The notes below the pieces were generated by a model. The model had not been told where the DNA came from and made no database searches. It worked only from the letters and a program-made list of their open reading frames with translations. Below are positions 61,139 to 62,526 of a stretch of 62,526 bases of DNA, piece after piece. The stretch spans positions 1-62,526 of the forward strand of contig CAYUFM010000004.1 in the NCBI GenBank assembly GCA_964444225.1. Direction: 5' to 3'. Every line of letters begins with the position of its first letter. Position 1 is the stretch's first letter. The position numbers and the translations under genes are program-made. This DNA comes from an uncultured Candidatus Saccharibacteria bacterium. GTDB taxonomy: Bacteria > Patescibacteriota > Saccharimonadia > Saccharimonadales > 2-12-FULL-41-12.

Positions 61139-61828
61139 TTATAAAAATTTAAATGTTTTAGTTACTAAAGTATCAAGGTCAGCCTTAGCGTCCGGGAAAT
61201 TATTTGCCTGTAGGTCATAGTAATTTATCGTATATGTTTTGCCTCTATAAAACGTCATATACCTTATGATCTTATCGCCCGGTTGTGGCCCAGCAAACGG
61301 CTCCGTACTACTAGTAAAGGTAGCTGAGTACTTTCCAGCTTCTAGCCCGCCGATTTTTACTGTCTCAGATACCGTAGCTTCATACGCTGGAGGCGTTAGA
61401 GCTAGATCTGAGCGCATATCCCCATCAAAGACAACGACTGCCATCTGGCCAGAGAAACCCGATGCACACACACCAGTGGATTCAGTATTTACACCGAACA
61501 ATACTGTCCCCGGATTACAATTCTCTGGAGATTTAGCAAATGTCCAAGTACCAGGATGCTTAAATTCATAGACTCCATCGGGGTCTTTGAAGGTCTTCCA
61601 GTCTGCCGTTGGATCGGGAGTCGACTCAGTTTTTTCAGGCTCATCCTTTTTTGCATCACTAGTTGAAGCTTTGTCGTTTTTCGCCTCAATTGAATTATGG
61701 GCGGTCAGCGCCTTGTCTACATCTTTATTAGCTTTAAAAACATAATAAACAGCGCCACCGATTATCACGAGTATTCCAGCAATTAACAACATTTGTACGG
61801 GCGCAAAACCTTTGTTATTTTTTCTCAT
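61139..61828 (-). CDS. exported protein with prepilin-like (class III) signal
   Basis: MRKNNKG|FAPVQML followed by a TM; WKTF...YEFKHP.TW motif typical of PsbP-like domains. Confidence 0.8.
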   Translation of the reverse strand: MRKNNKGFAPVQMLLIAGILVIIGGAVYYVFKANKDVDKALTAHNSIEAKNDKASTSDAKKDEPEKTESTPDPTADWKTFKDPDGVYEFKHPGTWTFAKSPENCNPGTVLFGVNTESTGVCASGFSGQMAVVVFDGDMRSDLALTPPAYEATVSETVKIGGLEAGKYSATFTSSTEPFAGPQPGDKIIRYMTFYRGKTYTINYYDLQANNFPDAKADLDTLVTKTFKFL

Positions 61829-61861
61829 ATCCCATCCTCATTATATAAATAGTATATACGC

Positions 61862-62491
61862 TTAAGTTAAACTCTCAAGCAATATTTTATAAGCCTGCCC
61901 TGGATCCTCTGCTTTTTGTATAAACCCGCCCGCACAAAGAACATCAACCCCAGCATCGGCAATCTGCCGGGCATTGTCTGAGTTAATTCCGCCGTCCCAG
62001 CCAATTTCAAGATTGGTATGATGCTCTTTGGCTTGCTTAGCTTTAACTAATAAATCCAGGTTGGCTTTGCCCCCAAAATGCCCCAAATCACCACTAAAAA
62101 TAAGTAGATGGTCGAAGCTGTTAATAATTTGCTCAACATTAGACACAGGAGTCTCTGGCAAGATAGCTAGGCCGGCTTTTATACCCTCTTTGTGTAGTTC
62201 AGCTGCAAAGTGCATATGGTGAATCATGGTTTCTACGTGGATAATTACCATATGTGGTTTAAGAAATAATAATTTTTCTAGGTAATCAAAAGGGTTTTTG
62301 TACATCAAATGTATGTCGGCTGTTAAATTATGTGGCCACCAAACATCACTTAGTTCAATGGATTTGTGAGCTGCGAATTCGCCGTCCATAAGATCTATCT
62401 GGATACGATCAGCAAACCTAGTGACCACCTCCATCTGTCGATTATATTCAAGCTCGTCGTCAGCTAAAACCGTAGGACAAATTACAGACAC
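61862..62491 (-). CDS. rpe: ribulose-phosphate 3-epimerase (start probably GTG 62491)
   Basis: IDLMDGEF, DIHLM, GLAILPETP, WDGGIN, AGVDVLCAG. Confidence 0.9.
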   Translation of the reverse strand: MSVICPTVLADDELEYNRQMEVVTRFADRIQIDLMDGEFAAHKSIELSDVWWPHNLTADIHLMYKNPFDYLEKLLFLKPHMVIIHVETMIHHMHFAAELHKEGIKAGLAILPETPVSNVEQIINSFDHLLIFSGDLGHFGGKANLDLLVKAKQAKEHHTNLEIGWDGGINSDNARQIADAGVDVLCAGGFIQKAEDPGQAYKILLESLT

Positions 62492-62495
62492 GGGG

Positions 62496-62526
62496 TTATG
62501 CCCCAAAACCTAGTTCATCTAATTCT
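62496..62526 (-). CDS. C-terminal fragment of an upstream gene truncated by the window edge (possibly RpiB)
   Basis: Open frame ELDELGFGA* ending 4 nt before the rpe GTG; identity inferred only from pathway context. Confidence 0.35.
   Translation of the reverse strand, partial: ELDELGFGA

Overview
A 62.5 kb core-chromosome segment from a small-genome bacterium. Gene content and sequence style suggest Patescibacteria/CPR, probably Saccharibacteria (inference). It uses the standard code 11, since hisS, uvrB and the PIN/TRAM gene end in TGA. Most genes are on the minus strand: rpoB-rpoC, clpP, tig, hisS, aspS, tRNA-Leu(TAG), rsmD, recG, tyrS, PIN/TRAM-radA-clpC, nusA, rnhB, rplS, a PilB/GspE ATPase, dnaE, galU, gatCAB, uvrB and a pfkB-fba-tkt-rpe sugar cluster. 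A class A PBP, pepN, malic enzyme and others lie on the plus strand, and orphan ORFs are interspersed. I saw no CRISPR array, transposase, integrase or prophage. Most notable signals: (1) a GC-rich 136-aa orphan at 11014-11424 whose 5' and 3' untranslated flanks are complementary to each other and can form alternative hairpins; (2) a dispersed family of ERIC/RPE-like palindromic elements, one of which occupies the start of a TrmH-family gene and introduces an in-frame stop; (3) apparent leaderless promoters before many genes; (4) perfect CIRCE boxes over the -35 elements of clpP and clpC; (5) loss of zinc-binding cysteines in both RpoC Zn sites and in PilB; (6) structured 5' leaders on rpoB and nusA. 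All calls were made by eye, without database searches.
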